A stretch of DNA of 64,000 nt from Camelus ferus (taxonomy: Eukaryota): the NCBI RefSeq assembly GCF_009834535.1, contig NC_045697.1, positions 5,148,001 through 5,212,000 on the forward strand. The letters are read 5' to 3'. Below, in pieces: positions 1 to 12,400 of the stretch. Position 1 is the first letter of the stretch. Every line of letters starts with the position of its first letter. The position numbers and the translations under genes were made by a program. The notes beneath the pieces were generated by a model. That model worked only from the letters and a program-made list of their open reading frames with translations, was not told the origin of the DNA and did not search any database.

Positions 1-619
1 TAAAGGGTCGTCGAAGCCATTGGTGACAGTAGGAACGTGGGCTTGGCTAGACATTCCCATAGCAAAAGATGCGCTTAAATCACAGATCCGGCCGGGTGGA
101 AGGGGCTTTCCCTCCCGGAACCACGGCCCAGTTTGCCCGTAACCTCGCGGAGAAAGCCCAGGCGCTGCTCAGCGCCGCTGACTTCCTCGAAGCCGCGACT
201 GGCCACATTTGGGCACTATGCCAAAGTAGGGCTGCCCCCCCCCCCCCCCCCGCTGAGATCCCGGCAGCTACCCAGAGCTTGGAAAAATAGTCCACGGTGC
301 CCAGACTGGTAGCATCAAACAGCTCCCAGTTACAGAAGCTCTGCTGAATGGTTTGGTGGCCACTGAGGTGTGGATGTAGTTCTGTGTTGGTGAGGTTATA
401 GGCAAGCGTGGCGTCGCTGGCTATAATGTCTGAAGACCAATCTCTAACGTGATTATATTCAGTTTATTATTTGAGTGCGATCAGACTGCAGTTTGGATAA
501 AATGTTGTGTCAAAACAAAGATAAAAAATCTGTCAACTGAGATGCAGAATGAGACAGTCAGAATTCATTTCCTAGAACAGCCTGTCCCCTCCCCTTCCAC
601 AAAATCCAGCTCAGGAAAC

Positions 620-1150
620 ACTTATTAAGTGTCTCCAGCCTGTTCGAGACTGCATTAGAACCACAGAAACAAAGGACCAGGAAACAGCCCTTGTATTCAA
701 GGAGCAGGTGACTTCTCAGCCAGGACAGACAAGTAAACCAACAATTCGGGTTCAAGGCGGTGCAGGCTCTGTTGGGTCAAGCACAGGTCGAGGATGGAGA
801 CATGAGGGGCACACACCCAGCCTACGGAGCAGCAAAGGGTCCGGGCTTAAGTACCTTGAAAGCTGAGCCAAAGGAATGCACAGAATTTGGTTAGAGAAAG
901 CGGGGGAAACACAGAGGTGGAAATTTCAGGAAGAGATGGCACAGGCACAAGCACAGAGGCAGGGAAGCGACCAGCAAGGCAGCAGTCAAGGACATAAATT
1001 AAAGCAGAGCTGATAGCCAAGGACGGGATGGAGAGAAAGTTCCAGAGCATGGGTCCCAGCGGGCCTCGTGGTCCAGATTCAGAACTTGGAATTTAGCATG
1101 TCCACGCTGGGCAGCCATCCAGAGTGGAGTGAAATATCAGCTCTGAGAAA
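620..1150 (-). mobile_element. Degenerate L2 LINE 3' fragment
   Basis: Antisense L2-like text (acacttattaagtgtc...cagcccttgtattcaaggagc...gcaaaggcacagagg-like). Boundaries approximate. Confidence 0.5.
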
Positions 1151-1527
1151 TCCTTCTTGCTATCAACACTATGGATGTGATCTTCCAAAACCTTGAATCC
1201 CCCACAGAAGACTTTATTTGGAATTGTCCTACAACAACCTGAATGTGTCCTCAAACACCCATGAACCTTCTCTTCTAAATCTATTTCAATTTTGATTCAT
1301 TAGATAAGAGAGCAGAATTTAAGCACATGCTTAAAGATTTCATCAGAAAATGTGCTCTACAACATATTCATCAGAAAACGTACTCGACGAAATATTCAAA
1401 AGAATATTTGAACCTGGAAAATTTCATTTCTTACTCTTTACAGTGTGGAAGCCTCCCTCCAGCAGAGCCGTATTTGCATTTGGCTCCAGAATAAGGAATT
1501 CACAGGAGCCCCGGATGGAATCACTCA

Positions 1528-1707
<180 letters not shown>

Positions 1708-2921
1708 TCAGGCCAACATTCCAAAGGAAAAAAAAAAAAAAAAAGGCAGCCCATCACTGCGATCCTACTCCTGGGTTCAAGCCCTGGTCCCGAAATCTTG
1801 GTAGCGGAGCAGCTCTGGCTAAGCCACAGCCTCCCCACGTCTGCAGAAAGGAGGAGCTGGACCAGGTTCGCCTGTTTATGGAGCATTCACACTAAGTGCT
1901 GTCCATGTCCTAAGTGCTGAAAAAGCAGCTGCGGAAACAGGAGACGAAGAGAAGCAGCCCTGCCCTCAAGGATCTCACAGCCTGGGAGGAAAACAGACAG
2001 ACGGACCAGCGTCCACAATGCTGGGACATACAGTGTCCATGCCCACTGCAGCCCCGGCCCTCCCCACTTGCGCGCCCACCTTCCCTCCACCAGCCCTGCT
2101 TCTCTTTGGCAAAGGACTCTGTCTGCCAGTAGAACCCGCTCTGCTGTGACAGACGGGCAATGCCAGAGAGCTCAGGCCCACAGAAGCAACCTACGACGGC
2201 AGCTGGGACATCCGCACCCCAGCGCCCTTGCCCATCCCCGGGTAAGTGTGAGGATCCCAGGGCTCCCGGAATTTGAGCCTCTGCTCTGCGGGGCTGGGGG
2301 GGACTGGCTTGATGGTACAACCTGACCGGCAGCCTCCTGCCTTTCCTTCCCTGACTCACTTTCCAACCCTACCTGTGCTTTCTTCACCTCTCCAGGGCCC
2401 TTGGGTTTGCTCCTGGGGAAACCCAAACTAAGGCACACGGGCACTGGGGAAGCAAAGGAGAAGTGGTGACAGCGACAGTGGCAGTTCTTGTCCTGAGCAC
2501 TTTATTGTGGAGACTGAGAGAATTGTCTTCTCCATGATCCCGTGTGATCCCCACGAGAATCTTGCGAATAAAGCCTCCATCCTCCCTGGAACGCGAGGGA
2601 GCAGTTGCCCCGAGTGCGCTCATCAACTTGCCCAGAGTTCAACAAGCCCTTTGGTGTCAGGGTTCAAACCCACAGGAGTCCGACTTCAGAGTGACTCCCT
2701 TACTCACGGTGGGGTGGGGGACACGCTGTCAGGAAAGGCTCTCAGTGCTGGAGGGTGGGCATGAAAGGATGGAAAGATGGCAAAGGCAAAAAAAGAGGCT
2801 TTTAGGGGAAAGGAATGATGCCAAGGAGGACACGGAGCTTTAGGACACACTGGCAAGGAGGACGATGTGGCTGGAAAAATTAGCAGGGCGAACAGGTACT
2901 GGGTCCCGTCATCCTGCCGGG

Positions 2922-3135
2922 GTATCGTATTCGTTTCCTCAGGTGGTCATAACGAAGTACCACAAAGCGGGGGCTGAAAACAACAGAAACGGACTGTCTC
3001 AGAGTTCCAGAGGGCCAGAAGCTTCCGATCAAGGTCGTGCAGGGATGCACTCCCTCTGAAGTCTCTGGTGGAGGGACCCTTCTTTGCCTCTTTTAATTTC
3101 TGGGGGTCGCTGTCAACCCTTGATGCCCCTGGCTA
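2922..3135. mobile_element. MaLR (MLT1-type) LTR fragment
   Basis: tattcgtttcct...cataacgaagtaccacaaagcgggggctgaaaacaacagaaac...ctcagagttccagaggg is the typical MLT1 terminal motif. Confidence 0.7.
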
Positions 3136-4514
3136 GCAGCCACATTGCTTGGATTTGGCAAGGGGATACTGCTCCACCCAGCACAGTAACTACTATTACT
3201 AGCCTCACTTGACAGATGAAGGAAGGTTTGAGACCTACCTCACAGCTCGGGACTCCAACCCAGCCCTCTGCCTCCCCGGGTCCAGCAACTGACACCAGCG
3301 GCACTTCCTCCCCGGGCACAGGGCATGTGACAGAGAACGCCAGGGATACGGTTACAGGCTGGGAGCTGCGGGTTCTCTCTGCGCATCCCAAGTTGCTCTT
3401 CTGTTGGAAACTGGACCCCTTCTGGCTCCCACGTGCTGTGAATCTGAGGCAGATTCAAGACAATGGGGAAGAGCCTGAATCCCAACTCCCACTCCAGTTC
3501 TTGCTGCCTTTCCAGCCTTGGTCTCAGCACCTGTCTGAATGGAATTAGCCAACCCCACCTGCCCCACCGGGGAGAAACTAAGTGGGACCACATGAGACCG
3601 AGGAAGTGGGAGCACCTGGCAGTGTTAGGACTGGAATCTATTTTCTAAGACATCTTAGAAACACGCTTATGTTTCTCAGGAACACAGAGCTAAGAAGGCC
3701 GGACCTGGGGTCAGGAGGCTGGGCCCTGCCCCTGGCCCTCCTGCAGACCAGGAGTAGGGCCATGCACACATCTCTGGCCCTCTGGCCTCGCCTCCTCGTC
3801 GGCCAAGTGAGGTGGGTAGCAATGGCTGAATCAACCTGACCAGGAGACAGAGAGGCTAAAATGAAAAACAGACCTAAGAAAAGTCAAAGGCACTGGGTAG
3901 AGATGAGGGTCTGCTGGGAAGTCACAGAGATGCAGGAAGTTCGGGCTCTGGGGCCACCCCAACCAGGGCTTCTACTTCAGCTCCACAGTGGGGCCACCCT
4001 CCCTGAGCCTCAGTCTACTCATCAGTGAAATGGAGCTAGTATGTTCTTCCTCCGAGGACATGGGAGGGGATGCTGTGAAGGGTGTGGTGCTGTCCCACTG
4101 CAGGTACTGAATGCAGGCGCCTTTTCTTTACTTCTCGGGGTTTCAGGCATATGACACTCCCACTATAACAGGCTCTCAGCAAATGCAGTTATTGTGATCA
4201 CTAGCACCGTCATCACAACCATCATCAAGGACTCGTCTGAAGGAAGGGCAGGGTGCCCGGAGGGACGTCTGCTTCCCAGGACACAGGGTCACAGGTATTC
4301 CTGGTCCTATGGCCGGAGCAGGCCTGGGTAGCTGGGGGAGACAGTTCCTACTGACTGGTGGGTGGCTTGAGCCAAGCCCTTCACCATATAGATTCAAGGA
4401 AGATTCTTCACCATACAGATTCAAGCTCCCAGGCTCTCTGTCAGGCAGGATGATGGGGGCCCAGGGAGACGAATGCAGAAAACCAAAGAGGAGGGGACGA
4501 GCAGGATGCAGTCA

Positions 4515-4902
4515 GGGCTGAACAGCGCTCCTCAGAAGACACACCCAGGCCTGACCCCCACTGCTGCGAAGGTGGCCGCATTTGGATAAAGGGCCTTCGC
4601 AGGTATAATTAAGTCACGGATCTCAAGATGAGTCATCCTGAATTAGGGTGGGCCCTGCACCAACCAGTGTCTCTATAATGAGAGAAAAGAAGGCAGAAGA
4701 CGCACAGAGAAGCGGGTGGTGTGGCCATGGAGGCAGAGACTGGAGAGACGCTGCATCTAGAAGCCAAGGGAGGCCAAAAATTGTTGCCAGCCCTGTGGCG
4801 GATCCTCCCTGGAGCCACCAGAAGAGTGGAGAATAAGCGCCTGCTGTTTGAATCCCCCCAGTTTAGGGTTCTTTGTTACAGCGGCCACAGGAAACTGATA
4901 CA
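4515..4902. mobile_element. MaLR (MLT1-type) solo LTR
   Basis: atttggataaagggccttcgcaggtataattaag...cctgaattagggtgggccct...ctttgttacagcggccacaggaaactgataca. Confidence 0.75.
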
Positions 4903-5446
4903 GTCTGTAAATGCCCATCGTGGGCACCCACCTCTGGCTGACCAACTTAGCCGGGCACCTCTGTGAGCCCAACTGTGCGATAGGTTTCACCTGCCCCCCC
5001 GCCAGGTTCGCTGTCAGGTGTGCACGGAGCCAGGGGAGGAGCCTAGCAAGTGCCCGGGAAACGTGGGCAGGCTGCGGGGTGCAGGGCCAACTGGCGCCTG
5101 GGACCCAACCCTGAGCCCTGAGCACGTCAACTCCCAAAGCAGTGCCAGGCTCGAGTCTGTGCGTCCCAGACCCCACGTTCCAGCCCAAGCCCCTGGCCCG
5201 TGTCCCCTCCGCCTGAGTCCGTGACCAGAGCAATCTCTGGTGTGTAGAGATTAGAGCTGGAGATTTCAGAGTCAGGAACATCTCTCTGTAACAGCCCCTC
5301 ACCGGCCGGCGCCACCTCTGCTCCGGTCTCCGCAGACATCATGCCCAGCGGTGCTTCCGAGACCCCGGAGACGTGAGGCCCTACAAGGGCTTTCCTTCTC
5401 CTCCAGAAAATGTTCAAAGTCCTCCCTGCCTCTGTCACTCTGACAG

Positions 5447-5488
<42 letters not shown>

Positions 5489-5657
5489 TCACACACCTCA
5501 AATATATACACACACACACATACACATCACACACACACCACACACATATACACACATTCTTATCCCCACACGTAGACACGCCACACATACCACATATATA
5601 TGTACACATACACACCACACACAAATACACATACCACACGTGAGACACACACACACC
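5447..5657. repeat. (TG)n tract followed directly by a degenerate (CA)-rich tract
   Basis: Seen directly; it explains the VCVC/HTHT ORFs. Confidence 0.95.
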
Positions 5658-7449
5658 CTTCATGCCAGCTACCTCAAAACCCTTAGAATTTCCTTGAAGA
5701 GTTTCTCTACCGCACCACCTCCTTCTACCCTTCTCGCCTCCTCCCCGCCCCCTCCCCCGGCCCTCTCCCCCACTAACTGTCTCTGCTGGCCCAGCACTTC
5801 CTGTGGGAAGCTCCCCTTTATCTGAGGGCTGCATCAAGCCCCTTCGCAGTGGGCTCCCACAGCCCCTCCATCTCCCGTGTTTCTCCACGACACACCATTA
5901 ATTCCGTGCTGCTTCTCGCTGGGTCTTCCCTGTTCCTGTCTGACAGTCAGACCCCGGACAATGTGAGGGCAGGAGCCAGACCACCTGGTTCCTGATCGAA
6001 CCCCAGGATTTTAGGAGCTCAGATGTGTGAACTTGGCACCTTGACTCTGGACTCCCAGCACCAGCATGCTCTGTTCCCTCTGCTTAGAATACCCTTCCCA
6101 CCAGCGGCCCCCTGCCGCACTTCTAGCAGGCATCACCACTCCTGACCTGAGGGCCTCCCTGGCCCTGCCCTCCTGGCCTGAGCTCGAGTCTGCCAAGGAG
6201 CTGGAATTTCAGTTACAACAGGGCCCACCAGGCCCCGTGTGGCCGTGGGAAGGGGGGTCCTTGGTGCCTGTACTCAGCAGGAGGTCCCTCCGTTCCTCCC
6301 AACTTGAAAGCCTGCGGCAACCACATGACTGAGGGAATCCGCTGACACTACAGTATCATTATGGCCTTCCGAGCTCATGATGGATGTTCTAGAAAGTCCG
6401 TCAGCACATCTCACCACCAGGCAGCTCTGCCCAGCTCCCGGGAGCCTCTGAAATAGAAGAGGAGGGTCTGGAGCGGCCCCAGTGTCCTCTGCAGGGCAGC
6501 ACAGAGCACCCCCCCCCCCATGAGAAATCACAGTTAATGAGGCAGAGAATGAGCAATTCGGCCAAAGTCACCCAAGTTGCTGACAGGCAAGCACCCAATT
6601 AACATTCCTCATTAGTCTGATTCAATTAGGAACTGATGTCATCACTATTAATTACAATTTATTGGGACAAATAAATAAATGCTAGCTAGCGTGGATTGCA
6701 GGAGATCTTCCTTAAGAAAGACATGTGTCAAGACACAGGGTGTCAGAAATTTGGGAACTGACTCCAAGTCAGCAAAGAAGGAGACTGACATGTGTTGAGA
6801 CCCTAGACCATGCCAGCATCGGGTGGGCCCCAGCCGGACTTCACCTTCAGAACAGTGACGTCAGATCTGCGGCAACCCAGAGGTCTGGGAGGGCCCTGGG
6901 ATGCTGTACTCTGTAAAAGCTCCTGGGGGAGTCTGATGTGCAGTCAGCTGAGACTCACTTTGCTGCTGGACTGGTAAGGAAGGTCCTTGTCTGGTTGCAG
7001 CTTCAGTAACCTTGATGGGCAAGACTGTAACCCCTACTTTTCAGCTCGGGCAAACCAGACTCTGGGGGACAGGTGACCCCAGAATCAGAGAGGCCAGAGC
7101 CATGCTGGGAATGCACAGCTCTGCAGGTACAATGGCTGGCGCTGCCCTTCCGTGGCCCAGCCTGGGTGCCCCTTCTTACCTGACTCAGTTGACCGCCACT
7201 GCCCACCCCCCCCCCCCACGTGAGTGTGCAAGGATTGCATAAACAGCTGTAGTGTGGCATTAAAGGCCACGGGTTATGCTTATAGGAGCAAGAATCTGGG
7301 AAACAACCAATTTGGGGAAAAGCAAAATAAATAAATAAATAAATCAGGAATAAATAAGGTCGCTGAAAGAGAGTGATCACGCTGGGTACCATTGTTCAAA
7401 CATCCTTATCTGACAAGAAGACTGACTTTGGCAGACAATGATGTTAATT

Positions 7450-7830
7450 ACCCAGTGCATCCTCCCCTTTCTTTCTCTGTAATAGGACAATTTTCTTCCA
7501 GAAGGCAAAGTAATCCATTAAATACTCACTTGCAGCCAAGAGTAGCCATAGTTCTGGCCAACGAGATATTAGTCTGCTACTGGCTTGTAAGAAAAGTCTT
7601 ACATCTAAATAAAAGGGACTAGCTATAGATGGTTCCACTTTTCTCCCCTTCACCATTTTCTGGTCCTTTCTATCTTGAGCACATACGCAATGTCTGGACC
7701 TGCAGCAGCCTCTTGTGACCATGAGGTTATGAGAGTCTCAGAGATACAGAACCTGTTATTATGGCACCACCTACCTTCAGACTTCTTGTTATGTGAGAAA
7801 AATAAACCCTCCTTGTTTATGCCACTATGA
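7450..7830. mobile_element. Old MaLR LTR (MLT1J/K-like)
   Basis: ttgcagccaagagtagccatagttctggccaacgagat...gcagcagcctcttgtgaccatgag...cagacttcttgttatgtgagaaaaataaaccc. Confidence 0.65.
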
Positions 7831-8264
7831 TGCAAATTTTCTTTTTCTCACTCCTGAGAACATCCCCATTAGAAAATTACATGATCTGACTTTTCCCCCA
7901 CAGTCCCTTAAAGAGCAAGCACAGGAAGCTCAAACGACTTGGTACTTGATTCTAAAGTACCTGTCCCCAGTCAGCATATAAAAAGAGAGAGCACCATGGG
8001 GAGGCATGCCATGACTGGGGCCCAGCCTCACTGCGTGTCCAGCTATGCTCTAAGCTAAGCCAGCCTTTCCTAGAGATGCTGAGAACAGTGCACCCACTCC
8101 GTGGACCCTTCATCTCTGAGTTCTGACCTGTATCAGGTGACGCTCACTGGTGTGCACCTGAGGTGTCGCAGGCAGACATCATGGAGATCGTGGGGGAATA
8201 TGAGGCAACAAAGGCGAGTGAGAAGCAGACAACGGATGGCCTTGAATGACATTTTAAAGGGTTG

Positions 8265-8492
8265 GTGTTGCAGGTTGAATTATGTTTCCCAAACCAGTAT
8301 GTTGAATCCCTAACCTCCAGTACCTCCAAATATGATGCATTTGGAGATAGGGCCTTTACAGAGGCAATTAAATTAAAATGGAGTCGAGAGAGCAGGCCCA
8401 AATCCAGCAGGTGTACTCTGGCTTCCAGCACTGTGAGGCAATCCCTCCTGTGATTTAAGGCCCCAGCCTGTGAGATTTTGCCAGACCAATAC
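8265..8492. mobile_element. MaLR (MLT1-type) LTR, internally deleted
   Basis: tgttgcaggttgaattatgtttccc...tatgttgaatccctaacctccagtacc...catttggagatagggcctttacagagg. Confidence 0.7.
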
Positions 8493-9234
8493 AGTTGGCT
8501 TTTGTCCTGAGGGCGCTGGGGAGCTACTGTGGATCCTAGGGACACAACAGTGAGGGAATGAATGCATAAAGGAAAGAACATACAAACAACCAACAGGGAA
8601 GGTGTGGGCTTTGCAGGAAAAAGAGCTCTTTCTGACAATGGAGCGGAGGAGAGTGTGAAGGTAATTCCAAGAGGTGATCGTGGGTTTTATAAATAATTTA
8701 AAACTGCTTACACACACGGTTTCTCTCTAGAGTCATAATGGACACTGCAGTCAAGAAACACCAACATGAGTCATGGGGACGAGACCCCAGGACCAGTCCT
8801 GGTGCTTTGGACACCCTTAGTGCCAGAAAAGTATCCTATAAGGTAACACAGGTTGGAACCACTCTATAGACATAAAAAGACCTGGGAAGACTCATCCAGA
8901 GGATGGAATGAGATCTCACTGTGGGAAGATGGGAAATGCAAATAAGCAGTGACGTCATCAAGCTGGGCAGTGATGGGTCATCTGCTCTGGCTGGTGTTTG
9001 AAAGCCATTCGCGAGTGAGCCTGCCTTTCCTGTGATATTTAGCTCTTGATAAAGCAATTCCTGGGAGCCAGCAAATTCCTTCAGAGTATGCCTCAAGCCA
9101 AACACAGCCTAATTAATATGAAAGGAATAAATGTTTCATTAAAAAGAAGTGGATTCCACCCTTTATAAAAAGATGTCTGCATGAAAAATAAAAGCATCTA
9201 GTAAAAGCATCATGTTTGAAAATTCTAAAAATGA

Positions 9235-9617
9235 ATAATAAAATAATGGCATTTGTAGCAACATGGATGGACCTGGAGATTGTCATCCTAAGTGAAGCAA
9301 GACAGAAGGATAAAGAAAAATACTATATGATATCACTTACATGTAGAATCTGAAAAAAAATGGCACAAATGAACTTATTTACGAAAGAGAAACAGACTCA
9401 CAGACATAGAAAACAAACTTATGGTTACCAGAGGTGGAAGAGGATGGTGGAGAGATAAATTAGGAGTTCAGGATTTGCAGATACTAACTAACTACTATAT
9501 ATAAAACAGGTAAACAGCAAAGTCCTACTGTATAGCACAAGGAACTGTGTTCAGTATCTTGTAATGGCCTATAATGAAAAAAATATGAAAAGGAATATAT
9601 ATGTATAACTGAGAGAA
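9235..9617 (+). mobile_element. Camelid-type L1 3' UTR fragment, truncated at both ends, with a 16-bp TSD
   Basis: Aligns by eye to the L1 3' UTR copy at 33185-33540. TSD aaaattctaaaaatga at 9219-9234 and 9618-9633. Confidence 0.9.
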
Positions 9618-9809
9618 AAAATTCTAAAAATGATTCTTACAGAAGAATAATAGTTCACTATGGAGACAGAGAATTTAGGCACCTGGCCCAGAGTCACCGG
9701 AGGGACCAGAATTCCAACTCAGCTCTGTCAGGCTTTGAGCCGAAGACCCTCTAGCCATTTTGGTATGCACTAATTAACTCTTGCATTGTCCTGAAAAGAG
9801 CAAACATAT

Positions 9810-10240
9810 ATTCCAAGTCCCTGCCTGCGGTAGACATCTGCGCTATGGCCCCATCATTAACTCAGTCCCTGCCACAGGACCTTTGCATCTGCTGTCTCGT
9901 CTGTCTATGATGTTCTTTCCCCTAGATCTCCACATGGTATTTTTCCTTCTTAGCAATCAGGTCTTGGCTTAAATGTCTCCATCTCAAAGAGGCCCTCCCT
10001 GTTGCCCTCTGCTCCAAAGAAAGCAGTCCTACCCTTCCAGGTAGTCTTACCCGCCCAAGCACTACACATTTTCTGCAGAGCAATTATCATCATTGAAACC
10101 ATGTTTGCTTATTGTTTGTATATTTGTCTCCTCAACTAAACTGGCAGCTCTATGGCATCAGGGACCTCGTCCATCTTGTTTGCCACACCATCACCAGTAC
10201 CAAAAACAATGCTGGGACAGAGCAGTCGGCACAAACATTC
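9810..10240 (+). mobile_element. L2 LINE 3' fragment
   Basis: caggacctttgcatctgctgt...caggtcttggcttaaatgtctccatctcaaagaggccctccct. Confidence 0.6.
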
Positions 10241-10390
10241 ACTGTCTGACTCTAAAGCCTGGCACGCTTTGCCCCGTAGCTACCCTTCTCCTGGAGGATG
10301 GGCAGCTTAAAAAGATGAAAAAGATTCCAAAGACCACATTTTAAAAAACCACCTGCCACATACTCTTTCTTTTTAATATTTAGGGAGTTT

Positions 10391-10516
10391 CTTTTTTATT
10401 TTTTGGGGGGGAGGTAATTAGGTTTGTTTGTTTGTTTATTAATGGAGGTACTGGGATTAAACCTAGGACCTCATGCATGCTAAGCATGTGCTCTACCACT
10501 GAGCTACACCCTCCTC
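10391..10516 (-). mobile_element. tRNA-Ala-derived SINE (Vic-1 type, camelid)
   Basis: Minus strand: gagggtgtagctcagtggtagagcacatgcttagcatgcatgaggtcctaggtttaatcccagtacctcca (A and B boxes), then (aaac)n, ctaattacctccccccc and an A-rich tail. Confidence 0.9.
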
Positions 10517-11369
10517 ACTAAGATTACATTTTTAAGGGGGAAAAAAACACGCTGACAAGTCAAATGTTTCTGAACATTTAAACTTATAAACTTATACATA
10601 AAATTGAATCCCCGCTTAATTCCAAAATGGATTTGTTGCAGTCTGGGCACTCAATTGGTTAGTTTGCTATTAATCAATTTTTTTTCACGCTATGGATTCA
10701 CATACAGATGTGAAAGTCGGAAACGTGGAACGAGACGGCTAATAATATGCTTGCGTGTGGAAGTGATCACCATAGCATAATAAAGTAGTGTTGGGTCTGG
10801 GATTATCATTTGTGCAGCTCTTGCTCGATTTTATCCAGAATCTTCCTTTGAGGGACGTAAAGAGCCATGATCACACAGCCGTGCCACTTTCTGCTCTCTC
10901 ATGCGCAGACTGCCGCTGGCTAGTCCACGAATTTTAATTAACTCCCTGTTTCTTTTGTTTCAGCCCTATGGCTCTCTAAGCAGAGGGCCCATTGGCTAGT
11001 TCAAGAAAGACATCTGAAGCCAAGTTCTCAGAAACTTCTCCCAGAGGTAGCCTCCTCCTTCCCTTGAAAATAATTAAGCCCTGTCGACATCAAAGTTAAC
11101 TCAGAGGAGAACACTCCAGCCCGGTCTCTCTGCAGGCGCAGAAGCAACATGCCCCCTGGCTCCACCGTCCAAGGGGTCAAGAGGAACCTGTGGAGGATGG
11201 AGAGTGAGGCTGGAGAGGGAGGTGGTAATTGAAGAGGCATTTGTCAAAAATGAAATTTTGTAGCAGGGGAGATGGAGAAATTCTTCTCAGGACCTTAACC
11301 CAGAGGCAGTCAGTATAAACCAGTCAACTAAATATTATCAGTTGATCAGCTAATTGTCAAGTTCTTCAT

Positions 11370-11890
11370 TCATTTATATAATATTCATTTATTTATATTA
11401 TATATAGCACATATATGCATCATATATACATGTGCATATATAAATATATTATATGTGAATTTATATACACACACTGCTCAGTGGGTATGCATTTATATGC
11501 ATATATGTGTATATATGTATAAGCATATATATGTGGAGATTTACACACACACACTGTTTTGTGGACTTACATATATACATATACATATATGAGTGTGTAT
11601 ATGTATTTGTATACCATATGTGTGTGGTGGATATACGTATACATGCCTATACACATAAAATGCATAGTGGGTGTATATATCTGTATATACATACACATGT
11701 TTACGTCTGCTATATGTGTGTATGCATATATACATGTACACATGTCTATGCACATACATGTGCTCATATACACTGCTTAGTGTGTGCACGCATATCTATA
11801 CACTGCTAAGTGAGCTTGTATATGTTCATGCATTATGCATACACGTGTGTGTAAATACACGTGTGTATGTATAGCCCTTATACATACAGA
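11370..11890. repeat. About 500-bp degenerate (TA/TG/CA) low-complexity repeat
   Basis: Alternating purine-pyrimidine text seen directly; it explains the overlapping YICI/HTHV ORFs. Confidence 0.9.
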
Positions 11891-12400
11891 GTTGCTTAGT
11901 AGGTGCTCAGGATACAACTGAGAACAGTGAGGAAACACTGCTGCCTCGCAAACCGTGTGTTCTGGTGTGTGAGGCCAACAACCAAGAGGACAAATGAACA
12001 AGCATCTAATGGAGTTACGGGTAGTGATGGGTGCTCTGAAGAAAAAGGGACCAGAAAGGGCACAAGGATATGAAACGCCTGGGGTGGGTCAAGTGGCGTT
12101 CAGGGAGGGCGCACGGAGGGGACGTTGGACCAGAGTTCTGTACGGTGCGAGTGACCCTGGCAAAGGTCTGGGGGAAGGCGATCAAGGTGGAGGACACAGC
12201 AAATATAAAGGTTCTGAGTTAGAAATGAGTTCAGCGTGTTCCAGAGAGGGCTGAACAGGATGAGCCGGAGGACGGAGCGGGGAGAGGGGTGTCAGGAAAA
12301 TGGGCATGAGCCAGACTGCAGGGCCCTGCGCGCTGGCTCCAACAGGTGGGCACTCATTCTGAACAGGAGGGAAGTGCTGGACATGTGAAGCAGCAGCAGC
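11890..12400 (-). mobile_element. L2 LINE fragment
   Basis: ggaggacacagcaaatataaaggttctgagttagaaatgagttcagcgtgttcc and gagccagactgcagggccct are antisense L2-type motifs. Confidence 0.55.

Noticed and set aside
5127..5888. 253-aa ORF and overlapping Cys/Val- or His/Thr-rich ORFs
   Set aside because: They are translations of the TG/CA microsatellite and GC-rich flanks, with no domain.
6856..8957. Two perfect CRE palindromes (TGACGTCA at 6856-6863 and 8950-8957)
   Set aside because: Isolated 8-mers can occur by chance in 64 kb, and the first is inside a MER5-like relic.
10443..10516. tRNA-Ala gene (also about 28404-28479 and 39903-39975)
   Set aside because: Mutated stems, a shared non-tRNA tail and TSDs show these are SINE heads.
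11507..11874. Stack of Tyr/Ile/His/Cys-rich ORFs
   Set aside because: Low-complexity TA/CA repeat.
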